A stretch of DNA of 54,797 nt, filler included, from Sphacelaria rigidula (taxonomy: Eukaryota): assembly GCA_964200075.2 (NCBI GenBank). It is 4 parts of 4 records of this genome, joined end to end, with 100 filler letters (N's around TTAATTAATTAA, not from the genome) between each part and the next. Parts side by side here need not be neighbours in the genome. Positions count along the whole stretch, not along the records: positions 13,730 to 27,356 come from CAXNAA020002761.1; positions 27,457 to 41,078 come from CAXNAA020002762.1; 2 more parts are not named here. One strand, written 5' to 3'. A program made the translations under genes and the position numbers. This document shows positions 23,401 to 35,200 of the stretch, in pieces; positions within the stretch are counted from its first letter, which is position 1; each line of letters begins with the position of its first letter. Under the pieces are notes generated by a model, which worked only from the letters and a program-made list of their open reading frames with translations, ran no database searches and was not told the DNA's origin.

Positions 23401-25201
23401 AGTGAAACCGGGCCGGTTGCGATACGCATCACCTCGAACTCCAGAGCTGCTGCTGTAGCATCAACGGTGACTAAATGGTGTTGCTCTCTTGCCTCTTCTC
23501 TTCACGAGTTACCCCTTCGACTGCCAGGATGGGTCATCTGTTGAACGGGAATCCTCGTCATTCTATTATGAATTAATTCAAGACCTGAATGAGTTACCCT
23601 GGCGGTTGAACGTTGAAGCAGAGGTGGTCGTCGCGCGCGCTCCCTCTTTAAGGTGAACCAAATGAGCGGGGTGGAAGGAATGCGTCGACTGATGCCTACT
23701 GCGACAGAGGTGTATTACTTTATTACTGGTGCGGCGGTGACAATCTTATCTTCACTCGCACTGTGGGATTTATGCGCACGATCAGCATTCCGAATCAGTA
23801 CGAGGATTCTGATTAAAAACAAATGGTGTACGTGTACAGACAAAATTGTGTCAAACGCATCGCTTCGGTATACGAGCGATCACTTGGCATTCGAGCCGAC
23901 ATGACATGCTTTGTTCTAAACCCTGGCCAGTACGCATGTTTCGATACTCGGAGTGTTACGGGCTGACAGCTGTGGGCCGGATATGTGGGAAACGTTACCG
24001 CACGGCATGGTGTGTGGAGGTGGGAAGGCACGAAATATCACTCGCTAAAAGTCACAAGAGTACGAACCTTTCCAGCTCCCCATTGACCAAGAATACCGAC
24101 GCCAACGGGCCAGGCCCCTGGCGCTAGGACGTGCTCGGCAATCACGTCGGCATAGTCGCTAAAGTGCAGACAGTCCTGTACCGCGTTGTTCAACGGTACT
24201 TCCAGCAGGGATCCGCGCCCGCGAAATGAATCTGAAGAAAAAAGACTCGCACGGATCAAGCAGTGAACGTCAGCTGAGGACATGTGTGGAGTCTTGAAGA
24301 CGCGATTTGCTCGAATGCTGAGGCCCAACGGATGGCAGGAGAGTGTCTCGCTTTACAGATATAAAGAGTAGTACAGGGCCACGCGTTCTCGTGCAACCTG
24401 GGACCGGGTCACGTGTGAGACTCCCATAGAATGGTTATGAAAGCTAACTCCCACGCGCTTCATCAATATACACCGATGACTACAGGACTATGTGCGAACC
24501 TGAACGCTGTACCCCTCTTCGGAGTTGAGGTTGGATTGCCTAGCCTTATGTCAACTCCACATCCTCGAACAAGAGGACGACTACATCATCGGCAATTTGC
24601 GGTTCCTACGTGTCAAGTCACCGCACTCTATACACCTGTATAAACTCAGTCGAGGATGACCGCATCATTGATCGATCGATCGATCGATTGATTGATTGAT
24701 TGATTGTCGCACTTTCACTGACCCCCCAGCGGTCCAGCCGTGGGCTCATGATAGACGTACCCAAGAAAAACGAAACTGAAACACGGTCTGAAGAAAAGAA
24801 GGAACAGGAAGAACGAAAAAAAGCCGAACAGAACGACATAGCAGACCAAGTCGTAACAAGAAAATAAAAATAAGAAGTCAGCACAAGCAGAGCACAGAAT
24901 AAACATCATTCATGGATCATTGCCTGAACAAATCTCGTGTGTAGCGCAAGTATTGATCCGTTCACACTGTTCCTCGTTTTACATTTGTCTGGCGAGGAAA
25001 CACGCAAGGTATACGTAAAATCTCGGACTAATGAATGACGGTAAACGGAACATGCAGGAAATATGAAAATCATGGATAATAGCAGGTATACTTCAGGCCT
25101 ACTCCATCGCGTCTGATCCCCGCACAGCACATAGTAAGAGCATCAAACTCACGTCTTCGGCTCACGGTCGAAAGTTCGATCTCGTCCGCACGGGCCGTCA
25201 T
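14411..25201 (-). CDS. KAP-family P-loop NTPase with two TM helices (NKPD1/Kidins220-like), 12 exons, about 639 aa
   Basis: Phase-consistent GT-AG exons: 25201-25153, 24231-24068, 23318-22959, 22270-22025, 18990-18871, 18492-18349, 17773-17687, 17206-17092, 16508-16331, 15985-15887, 15298-15173, 14642-14411 (1920 nt). Motifs: DCLHFSDYA, Walker A GILGQWGAGKS, FDAWLF, hydrophobic TM pair in exon 4, HLGFLAKVRDE, Walker B VVSIDNLDRC, LAFDPRVI, EYLDKIIHWPFFIP, TPRKIKRVCN, KLVRWTFISEFWPFRAS, SFNLNPAM. Exon 1 and the exon 8/9 junction are the least certain. Confidence 0.88.
19150..19335 (+). mobile_element. 3' tail of a non-LTR retroelement (LINE/SINE) ending in (CAAT)n
   Basis: GGTACGTCTATCA...GGATCCCTGGGGGATCAGTGAAAGTACGACAATCAATCAA; homologous copies near 24667, 25960 and 30745. 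Confidence 0.7.
19833..21511. repeat. Large imperfect inverted repeat in KAP NTPase intron 4 (arms about 19833-20358 and 21004-21511)
   Basis: Arms are collinear reverse complements, for example GGGCAGGTGGATGTGCCCCAAATCATCCCCACC and GATCAATTTCAGGCAGGTA. Roughly 80% identity by eye; spacer about 650 bp. Confidence 0.88.
24667..24880 (-). mobile_element. 3' tail of the same non-LTR retroelement family
   Basis: (TTGA)n-TTGTCGCACTTTCACTGA...TGATAGACGTACCC is the reverse complement of the tail at 19150-19335. Confidence 0.7.
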
Positions 25202-25959
25202 GGGTCTATTAGACTGCACGGGTCAACGGCCCTGGAACACAACAGAGGAATCGTTCCAATCAACACGCATGTGCATGAAACGAAGAACGAACAAGGGCAG
25301 AACATCGAGAGTGAAACAGAGGCTGGTAGTTGAATTTAATGCTTCTGAGGGGCCGAGGTCTGACACACCAATGCATCAAATCAATTCTCACAAGATGTTA
25401 AGCGCACATATTTACATACAGAACATCACACCGAAGATATTGCTCGATGTTGATTTCCCATGACGCGGCTGTATAGCAGCGAACGACAACCATCGAACAA
25501 GCTTTTTGGTTGTTAGTAGATCACGGTTGTTGTAGCGTTGAAACACACGCCGGCTTCCCCGATGGATTGCTCTCCCTGTGTATGATGATGTGACGATTCA
25601 CGAAACATTAATGTTGATTGCATACAAAACCGCTGAGCCAACAGTCAGCGCTGCCTGCTAGCTCAGTGGTAGTGTGTTGGAATTTAAGAAATAACAGTTC
25701 CGGATGTACATACTCGAGATTAGCGGTGAAACCAGTAACGGTTCATCATTAGAACAAAGATCGTAGTAATAACCGAAGAAATGGAATATTCATCGTAGAG
25801 TAATGAATAGCTCATGTACTGTACTGGTGTATGTCTGTATCTACTCTGTTGCCCTAAATCCCTTGGGCCTTTCCCTTTCTTTTTTTTTTTCCATCGTTTC
25901 AATGTAGTTTATTTCATGTGCTCTGTACTTTCCTCTTCTTCTCCTTTTTTCTTATTTTA

Positions 25960-26186
25960 GGTCGGCCATTTCTTTCTGTGCTTTGCTTGTGTTGACTTTT
26001 TTTAGTATTTGTTTTTTTACGACTTAGTCTGCTATGTCGTTCTGTTTGACCCCCTTTTTTTCTCTTCCTTCTTTTCCTCAGAGGGTGCTTCAGTTTCGTT
26101 TTTCTTCGGTACGTCTATCATGGGACCACGGCTGGATCCCTGGCGGGTAAGTTAAAGTGCGACAATCAATCATCAAAACCAATCAA
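25960..26186 (+). mobile_element. 3' tail of the same non-LTR retroelement family
   Basis: T-rich tract followed by GGTACGTCTATCATGGGACCACGGCTGGATCC...GTGCGACAATCAATCA. Confidence 0.7.
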
Positions 26187-26681
26187 CTGTATAGCTCGTA
26201 TACAGAAAGTCAGCATATTGTCGGAATATTGAAAGGTTGAGTACGAAGAGTCTAAGTATCAACAGTTTGGATAAGCAGTTTTATAGTGTCCAAGAGTTCT
26301 GTCGAGAGAGTGACATAACCCTATGCTATTACTCTCCAAAGCGACCCACCTCAAGTAAGCCTACTAGCTTGTCACCAGTATTCTGTGGAGTAGAGACTGA
26401 TTGTGTTTGATTTGAGTGACGGTCGGATGAAGCGCCGAGTATAAGGCATTTCTTTTCTCATCGCACAAGCAAATGTTTAACCAACTCTGTGCAGCCTCTG
26501 CGAGCTCTCTTGTCAGAGCTGGGTTTACCGGTTGAACCGATTGTCCCTGTCAACTTGACAGTCGAACCCTGTGTGTTTTGTACACAAGCCACGACAACCA
26601 TATATATTCCAACGACGTGTACACTTAAAGCCCTGTCGTTGCACAGCACAGTGCAGCAGTAGTAAAGTGATGCCATGATGA

Positions 26682-27356
26682 GCAGCAGGTGCAGACGGAA
26701 TGGTGAATAAATTTGTAAAGTACGGAGGAGAGGGAATGATTACCATGATGGTTATGCTGTGTAACTGGATCTGGGAAAACTCGTCCACACCCCAGAGATG
26801 AAGAGAAGGAGTAGCCGTCAATCTTTTCAAGAAAGGAGGCAAGGCTGACCCAGGAAACTAGAGATGGATGACGCTACTGAGCACAGTGGAGAAAACATTC
26901 TGTAAGATTCTGAACGATAGAGTAGAAACGGTGCTAGAAAAGGAGGAGAAAATCAGCGAGGGACGAGCAGGTTTCAGACCAAACAGTAGTTGCGTAGACC
27001 ATGTGTACACTATGTAAGATTATACAGGGTAGGAGAGACGCCGGGCTGACAACGTACTGTTTCTTTCTGGACGTGTAAAAGGCTTATGACACAGTATGGA
27101 GAAATGGGTTGTGGAAAACGTTGTGGGAAGTTGGGATCAAAGGAAAGGTGTGGAGAATGGTAAAGAAGATGACAGAATGTGCCAAAAGGGCCGTGATGCT
27201 AGACGGGGAAATATCGCAATATTTCGATATCTTACAAGGAGTTGCACAAGGATGTACGTTATCACCCACTTTGTTCAAGGTATTTATCAATGACTTGATA
27301 ATAGCAATAGAAGCAGCGAAGCAAGGGGTTCAGGTGGGTAAAGATATGGTATCAGG
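26682..27356 (+). pseudogene. LINE (non-LTR) reverse transcriptase fragment, disrupted and cut by the contig end
   Basis: AAGADG...LFKKGGKADPGN*R...GFRPNSSCVDH...FFLDV*KAYDTVWRNGLW...QGVAQGCTLSPTLFKVFINDL; in-frame stops and a frameshift. Confidence 0.93.
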
Positions 27357-27456
27357 NNNNNNNNNNNNNNNNNNNNNNNNNNNNNNNNNNNNNNNNNNNN
27401 TTAATTAATTAANNNNNNNNNNNNNNNNNNNNNNNNNNNNNNNNNNNNNNNNNNNN
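27357..27456. other. Artificial contig linker
   Basis: N44-TTAATTAATTAA-N44. Confidence 0.97.
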
Positions 27457-30446
27457 TCATCATACTAAAACCAAGTAATTTTCAGACGAATCATTATTTG
27501 TCCGACCCTTGAAACTTTGATATTGATTTTTCAAGAAAAACGCGAAACTAACTACGAGTATCCGACTGGTGTCTAGGTTGGCCTACGATATGGGTCATTC
27601 TTCAGTTTTGATGGTTTTGCAGATCCAACTCGCGGCACTGTCAGGGCCTGTGTCAGCACTTTTGTTTTCGATCGAAAAAATGAGGCGGTGGAATTGCTTT
27701 GAGCGAAAATTTCTCGTTTTGATGCAGTTGGGTCCGGATGGATTTTTAAGCTTTCAAACGAAATAACGACAGTGAAATTCGTGAAGTGGTACATGGTCAC
27801 TCGTGTACAGTACAGACAGTCTGTACTGTCTGCACTACTTGCGTGTGTGCGTGTTCCGTGCAGAAGGATATAAAGGAGAAGCGGGCAACGTGCAGTGCAG
27901 ACAGCCCAGAACTGTCAGTTCTCTCTGCTTACAATGCGACGCGAGAAAGACTTTAGCAACGTGCAGCTTTGTACTGCCTGCACTGTCCATGAGCGTGCAC
28001 GCAACTCGATTGCCCACCGTACCACGCAGTTCCGTCCCTGATGCCTACCCTGAGAGAAGATGCGGAGGTTTTGCCAACCAAAAATAAACAAGGTACACCC
28101 AACTACTGTAGTGTATCTTTCCCTGTGCTCAACTCGTGCTCTATGCTGCAGGGTTGCGGTGGTAGCTGAGAATGAGTTGGATGGAGTTTGCATGGTCCTG
28201 TGAACAGATGTTATCTGGCGTGGTGGTGTGTAAGATAGGAGCCAAGCGCCGCTTCGTGCCTTTCGACCGCATGTTTTCGATCGAAAACGATTGTTTTTTA
28301 CCTCGTTGCATTCTTCTCCGCACGCCGCAAATTACAATTTCGAGTTGAAGCCTTCAAGGAACATAAATGCGGTGGACCTATCAGATCGGCAAAAAAATCC
28401 GACCGCACTTTTTCGATTGATCAAAAACGATCAAAAAGTGCTACGACACGCCCTCAGCACCGAAAAATCGTAACAAAAAATAAAACGGGGCTCTCCGCAA
28501 GGGTTGTTACCGATCACGCCGCATACGGCGTTCTTGGTATACCTCTTAAATGACGGTTGCGAATATTCACGACATATCATCCGCCCTAATATTGCGCAGG
28601 TCCAACACAAAGAGTAGTTACTGGACCACTGAGCGGCTTGGTGGCGGGGTTGCTGTGCGGTGAACGTTCTGTACCCGGTGCGTGGGTGGGTACTTGGATG
28701 GTGCTTTGATTTTGTGTCCGAGGTTTGCCGAAATTCTCCCCCAACCCTCATGGCCAATTGAGCAGGACTAGTTTAAGTTGACCAAGGAACAAGGAGTGCG
28801 AATGGAAACGCAGCGATGAAGTTATCTGCTTCACACACCCTTGCTGCCCTAGCCGGAACCCTTGGCATCAAGCGTTGGGGAAGGCGGGCCGCCGTCGGTC
28901 GGCTTTAACGTTTTGACCGTGCACAGCAGGCAAGACAACATCTCAATCTTCCCGCTTAACCTTACCTTGGCTACGAGTACTGCAATTTCATTGGAAGAAC
29001 TAAAATTTGCAGAGCAATTGTTCTGTCGACCGCCCATGCGGCATGTTGACGACCATCTAAGCCTACCATCGCTATTCTTCGACACCCTGTGGGTCTGTAT
29101 CCAAAGTCGGATTCTCGGAACAATTGGCCTCGTGCGCCATAATGGTCAAAACGAGATCCCTGAGAATCTACAACAGTAGAACTGTACTACAGTACCATTT
29201 CAGCTCCCCCGGATTTGCTCTCAACTGACCATTGACACACTTCACAGGCTGCACTCGACATCGCCACATAGCAGCAAGGTTACCGTTGGCGCGAGGTTCA
29301 ACTTGCGCTCGATGGTGTTTCCGCTATCTCACGTTTGATGTATGTCCAGATCTGTACAGTAGCAGAGCCTAGATCCCCATTCTTGAAGAATGAGATGTGT
29401 GCTGCTATCGCTCTCTCAGCTACGGCATCGCAGTACACACAGCAGCAGTATGGCTATTGCAAAGTGCACCCCAACCTTCGGGCTTGTACCCGGTCTGTCT
29501 GTGCGGCACGTCAGTGTGCAACAGCGGGTACTCACCTGTCGTTCACTTCACAGGCTTGAGGTCATCACTACGTTACACTCCGGAGTACAAGAAATGCACA
29601 TGCTTCTTACATCACTTCCACAGCTCACCTATGTGCCGGAGTGCATATATCACTTCCAGTGCCAGCCTGCCACACTGCTGTGCAGAGTGCATAGATCAAT
29701 CCGAGACTGCGGGTGATGACACTCATCGCGTGCGACGCGGGACACACCAAAGTCATATTCCAACATCGCCTCCTCAAATGAATAAAAACTTGCCAAACTT
29801 TACTACTCCGTTCCTTGATCATTGGTATATGTCACTCCATAGTTTTCCCGGTCACAAGTTATCTCACTCGAGTTGCAGTGAAGCCTTCAATGCAATATCA
29901 CTCTTGGGAGCGCACTGGGTATATCATACTTGATTTGGGTGAAGGGGTTAAATAACCCTGACCGCGAGTCTGAAATGGCGAGATCGAGGCAATGTCCTGA
30001 GGATCAGATGCATATCCAAAGCAAAGGTTATGTATAATGCCATAACCTTTGTGCATACCCATATCTTTACGTGCTCTAGCAAAGGGTCGCGCACCGAACA
30101 GCGGTGCCTTCGTGGGCATCGAAGTGGGATCCTTCGAGGGGTGAGAGACTTGGTCGGGACCATAGCATCATTCATCCATCCCGTAGCATCAGCCAATGTA
30201 TTACATGCGACTGAAGCATTGATGCAAGATCAATCCGGCCGGGTGTAACCCCGTCATTTACCGGCATTATTATCTGTGTAACCTACTTCCCCCCCGTCAG
30301 CGTTTGCCCGCAGCAGCCAAGAACAGTCCAACATTGCCCGGTGCTTTCGCAGGTGCACTGCTCTGCACTACTCTGTATGTTACACATAATTATACGCAAC
30401 ACCTTCGTCTGGCGGGGCAACAGGTTCTGTCTTCGAATCCTTGACC

Positions 30447-32190
30447 ATGGCGTTGGATCTTCAGCTGCGAGCCGTGTTCGCTCAAAGCATCCGAGACGCT
30501 GAGGAGTCATCGGAAGCAGGGGGGGACCCCTCGCACAAGGTGCTCCTCGCCGAAAAGGGCAGGAAGGGAGTAGGTTTCGCCTTCAAGCTGCTTAAACAGG
30601 CCAGACATCAGGTATCACTGTATACGCCTGCATTGTTCAATCCTGAGCGGTCGCAGTACGTTCCCTCCTGCGACATGACGGGTCGAGTCTTGGAACCAAT
30701 CGTCGGATCCTCTTACACATGGGGTTATCGTAACGGGTGTTTCGATTGATTGATCGATTGTCCCACTTGAACTGATCCTCCCAGGATCTAGCCGTGGTCA
30801 CATGATAGACGTACCCGAGACGACGTAAGCAAAATAATACCAACTCGTGGTGGATTGCACGGTGCTATAACAGAGGGAGGCGCAATGAACCCGGTGGGGG
30901 GGTGTCTAGTGAAAGAGCTACTTCGCTGCGGAGGGGGTGATGGTGCTTTAGGTGCGAAAACCGGGGAACCCATTACACATTTAGGGAGGGATCTACCTCG
31001 CATTGTCGTGCAACCACCATTGGCTCAGGATATTTTACCTGTATCAATCTGGGATATCCATGGGAGATATCAATGTCCATCTGGGACATGGGCAACCATC
31101 TGGGATTTCCACCTGGGACACGGATATCCACCTGAGGTGTCCACCTGGGATGTCAACTTGGAACGCACATCTCCCAGACAGATGTCGATATCCTAGATGG
31201 ATGTTGATATCCTAGATCCCAGATGGATCTGATACCCCAGATGGACGTTTATACCCCAGATGGACACCCATCTGGGATGCTGATATCGCAGGTATCCATC
31301 TGGGATATCCACATCCCCGATGCAGGATGCACGATATTGCCGACAGACCGTGGGCACCTGGCGGCATGGGCAGGAAGTTGACGCTTTCAGACTTCCATGC
31401 ACCGGTTGGCGCTTCTTTTTCGTAGAGGATTCGGAATACTTGTTTCCGATGTGTGGCGGCCAATGCCTACATGGAAAGGGTCGCTACCAGTGTACGCTGC
31501 GCGTCAGCGATATTCGTGCATAAGCCGCGTCCAGCGGCATCAATGTCTTGGGACAATGTCAACAGTAGTAAGTACACGGAACGTGGAGTAATGCTTGTGG
31601 TCAAGCCACACAGCTGTTGCTGACTAGTTGGACAGCTCGGCGTATTTGCTGAATGGTGACGTGATATCGACGATGCGTGCGGGTGTGATTGGGTGGTGTC
31701 TTGATTTTGGGATTGAGGTATTACTGAATTTTCCCTCCATCCCCCACAGCTAAATGTGCAGGACAAATACAGTCGGTACACACAGACGATATCTCACGGA
31801 ACCGCAGCGGTGTCTGCGGACACTAGTCATTGAAAACGGAACAGTGGAAGCTCTGGGGCAAAAAATTGCGGAACCTGGACCAATCACATGGGCGAATAGC
31901 GTACTGACCAAGATAGAATAGTCAAAACAAGACGCAAATGGATTAAAGATACGTGCGGAAGCGCGTGGTATCCATTTGGTGCCATAGTATGTCACCCATC
32001 CGCATCCATCGCCAAAAGCATGTTGGTTGTTAGTCCCGCACGTTTTGGGATCAAACGTTCGTATTCAGCACAGGAAACCAGCAACAATCACCTGCCGCGA
32101 GTCAGACCCGCAAACACACTGCACATCATGATCATCATGATCATCATGATCATCATGATCATCATTATCATCATCACCGATAGCAGCAGC

Positions 32191-32242
<52 letters not shown>

Positions 32243-35200
32243 CCGGAAGGAAGGGCTAGGCAGGCACACCACGACTGACTAGCACAGCAATGATTTCATC
32301 GGGTACACCTCCCTATCTCGACCACCCGACGATGACGGCGTACGCAGCGCACGACGTGGCGTACATCTACACTCACGCTATAACGGTCGCCGATAGCTCT
32401 CCGGCGTAAACACGAGAATTCGTTTGTGTTGCTAGCCGTGGCATTGGTGCCGTGTATATTACCTTCACGGCAATACAGTGGCAGAATCGCCTCCGACGGA
32501 CGTGCCTGCCGACGAGAAACGTGTTTTGTTGCCCACCCAAGTATTCCGGCCCATATGACCATCACGTGGAAGCGTCGACACGCAATTTGACCACGGATAA
32601 AGCGCATTCGTAGTAGATTGAGTATCACCAACATACGTAGCTGCTGCACTGGCATCATGCTCGCAGCCTCTTCTAAACGTAGACGACTGTTGCATTAGTG
32701 TTGCGTCACGGTAAGTCCCTGCGTTTGCGGAACGTTTCGTCAACAGGTGATGAGTCTGTATACCATGAAACTGTAGGCTGTAATGTTTCGTGGCTTGCAT
32801 GTACGTGAGCTTTCTGGTGGCTCCCCGTGATATCTTCCATCATCGGCAGACGACCATCCTTGAGCGGGCTTTTCGGCTGTTGGTGAGCTACCGCCGTTGA
32901 AAGGTTGAAGATGCTTGATGCTGCTACCATTGGCCTATCAAACGACTACCCGAAGCTGACAATCGTGGCCCCGTTTGACACCCTCACATGTAGACCATAT
33001 CCGGAACCGCGAAATTCTTGTTCTTCAAGACGGACGATCGACCTCGATAGACTCACGAATCCTCGCACAAATGCCGTCTTCCCATCCATCGACTTCCATA
33101 TCCTGTCACGCACAAACTGTTGATTCACGGTAGAGCAATATTCCTGGCGGTGGAGCCCAGCTCAAGGCGCCGGAGATGCTGGTGCTTGCCGCCGAAGCCG
33201 CTCTTAAAAACAGGGACTTCAGCATTGCGAGGGAGGCGTGCCATGAGTTCTTCTTAGACGGTGGAGGCACCAAGGATCAGTTTTACTGTCGAGCCCTCTT
33301 TGTGAAGGTACTGTTTGAAATATGTGGCGCATTACCTTGGACCCGTCGACTGTGAAGAACGTGATCCATTTGAGTCCACGTATGTTTGATGTTGAAGCAC
33401 GAGTGCCCCTGGATTGAACAGCCTCCAATGTTTCACAGTCAGAAGGTTCACAGAGTTCTTTTTTGTCTGCTGTCGTGCATACTGGTGTTCTAGCATTTAA
33501 TTTTGCCACGGTTATGGAAGCAATGTATAAAGGTTGCGGAGAATCGTGCGTGGAAGTTCCCTCTCGCAATCATCGCCACATCCGGGTGATGCCTTGCCTA
33601 ATACTGCAATCGCATCATAGCGTGGAGAACTTCGTTATCACCATGCATTCCGTCGCACCTGCACGGCAATGTAGTGCCTGTACCGCATTTGGTACAGTAA
33701 GGACTCTCTCTCGAAGAAGTGTGTATAGTGTGCGCCGACTACGACGGTGGTAACGTAGCACCGCAGTAGAATGATATGTGTAACCACTCTCAGATCATTG
33801 TAGCGTGCCGGAGTTGTGAGGTTTTCCTGTTCGGACCGCAGAAAGGTGAAACCTGACACTGATCAACTGCATCTCGGGAGTACCCTCCCGGCAGTACCCA
33901 ATAGAGCTGTAGTGTGTACGGTACCCAAGCTCTGTTGAGAGACAGCGAGACCCTACGGTAGAAACCGTTCTCACAAACCACCTAGTGAGATCTGGAAGGC
34001 GAAGTCGTCGAAATAAATGGACGGAGACGACGGAAGCACCACCATATTCCACCTTGTTCATCTGCGGTTCGACACGTTGGCGCCAACTGTCCGTGCGGCT
34101 CCTGTTGCCTGGTCGCAGGCGACCTTCCTACATCAATCGTTTTTATACTCAAGCTCTTTTACATGGCGAGCGCGACAGGTTAACATTTACCAAGTTCAGC
34201 TTTTTGCGCTCACCCGTGGGTGCACAGCTGCACGTCCATTACAACAACACCCTGTGTCGTGCTGTGCGGCGTGCTATGATGTTCCGCTCTCAACACACTC
34301 ACGAAAAGGGACTGGTGGTGAACGAGTCCATTGGACGGGACCGCCTGGTCGGAGCCGACGCAACTCGGCGACGATCCCGCGCTATGAGATTCTTACTTCA
34401 GGTGGGTGGGCAAACCACGACGCGTCCTGTGGTGTGTGAGGTCTTTTACGGCATACTCGGTCGCGGTGTTCGCCTCGCGGGAGTTGTGTTGACCGTTATG
34501 CCAGGTACGTGTACGTCGGTTACGACCTTATTTTGACTTGCCTTGAGCCAGTGCTGTTGGTATGCGAATGGTGTACACAGACGTCGGACATCTACTCCAG
34601 GCTGTACATGGTCGCTTTTGCATATCAGGTATCTTCGGTCTTTGTAGCGGAATAGTTTTCCATCGCAAAGCTGGTTGTGCGTTAACTCTCGACCATTCTT
34701 CATCCACGTGTCTCGCCGCCCCCTGGTACTTGTACTGGCACATCAAGGGCCGTTTGGGCGGACTAGTTGAAGCGCGGTCGACCCCGATAGTAACCATATA
34801 TTTTGGTTTCGATCTTGGAGAGCGTTATGGGCGGCAGATACACCAAAAATACCCGACGAAGGTCGGCGGGCTGCGGGAGAGCTGATAGCCATGATCCTAT
34901 GGTCGAGAACAGACTGCCAGATAGATAACGGAGGGAGAGATGGGTTGATCCCCGGAGATGGCGTCGTGTCGAGGAAGGGGAGGGTTTCACAGAATTATGA
35001 CGAGAAGTAAAATCATGCAAGAGGTACCGCATCTTTAACCCCTCCTCCTCCCTCATTGCGTTCAAGTCACAATTCTTCGGGAACAGCGGCTTGCAAGCTC
35101 TCTGTAAAAAGCTGCGGCAGTAAGGCCGCTCCTTACCGCAAGCAAACAAAAATCCCGTAAAAACGCCTTTTGGTCGTTGTTCGTCGTCGTTTTACGCCCC

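Noticed and set aside
28849-30250. Divergent gene upstream of CFAP46
   Set aside because: No consistent exon chain or recognisable peptide found.
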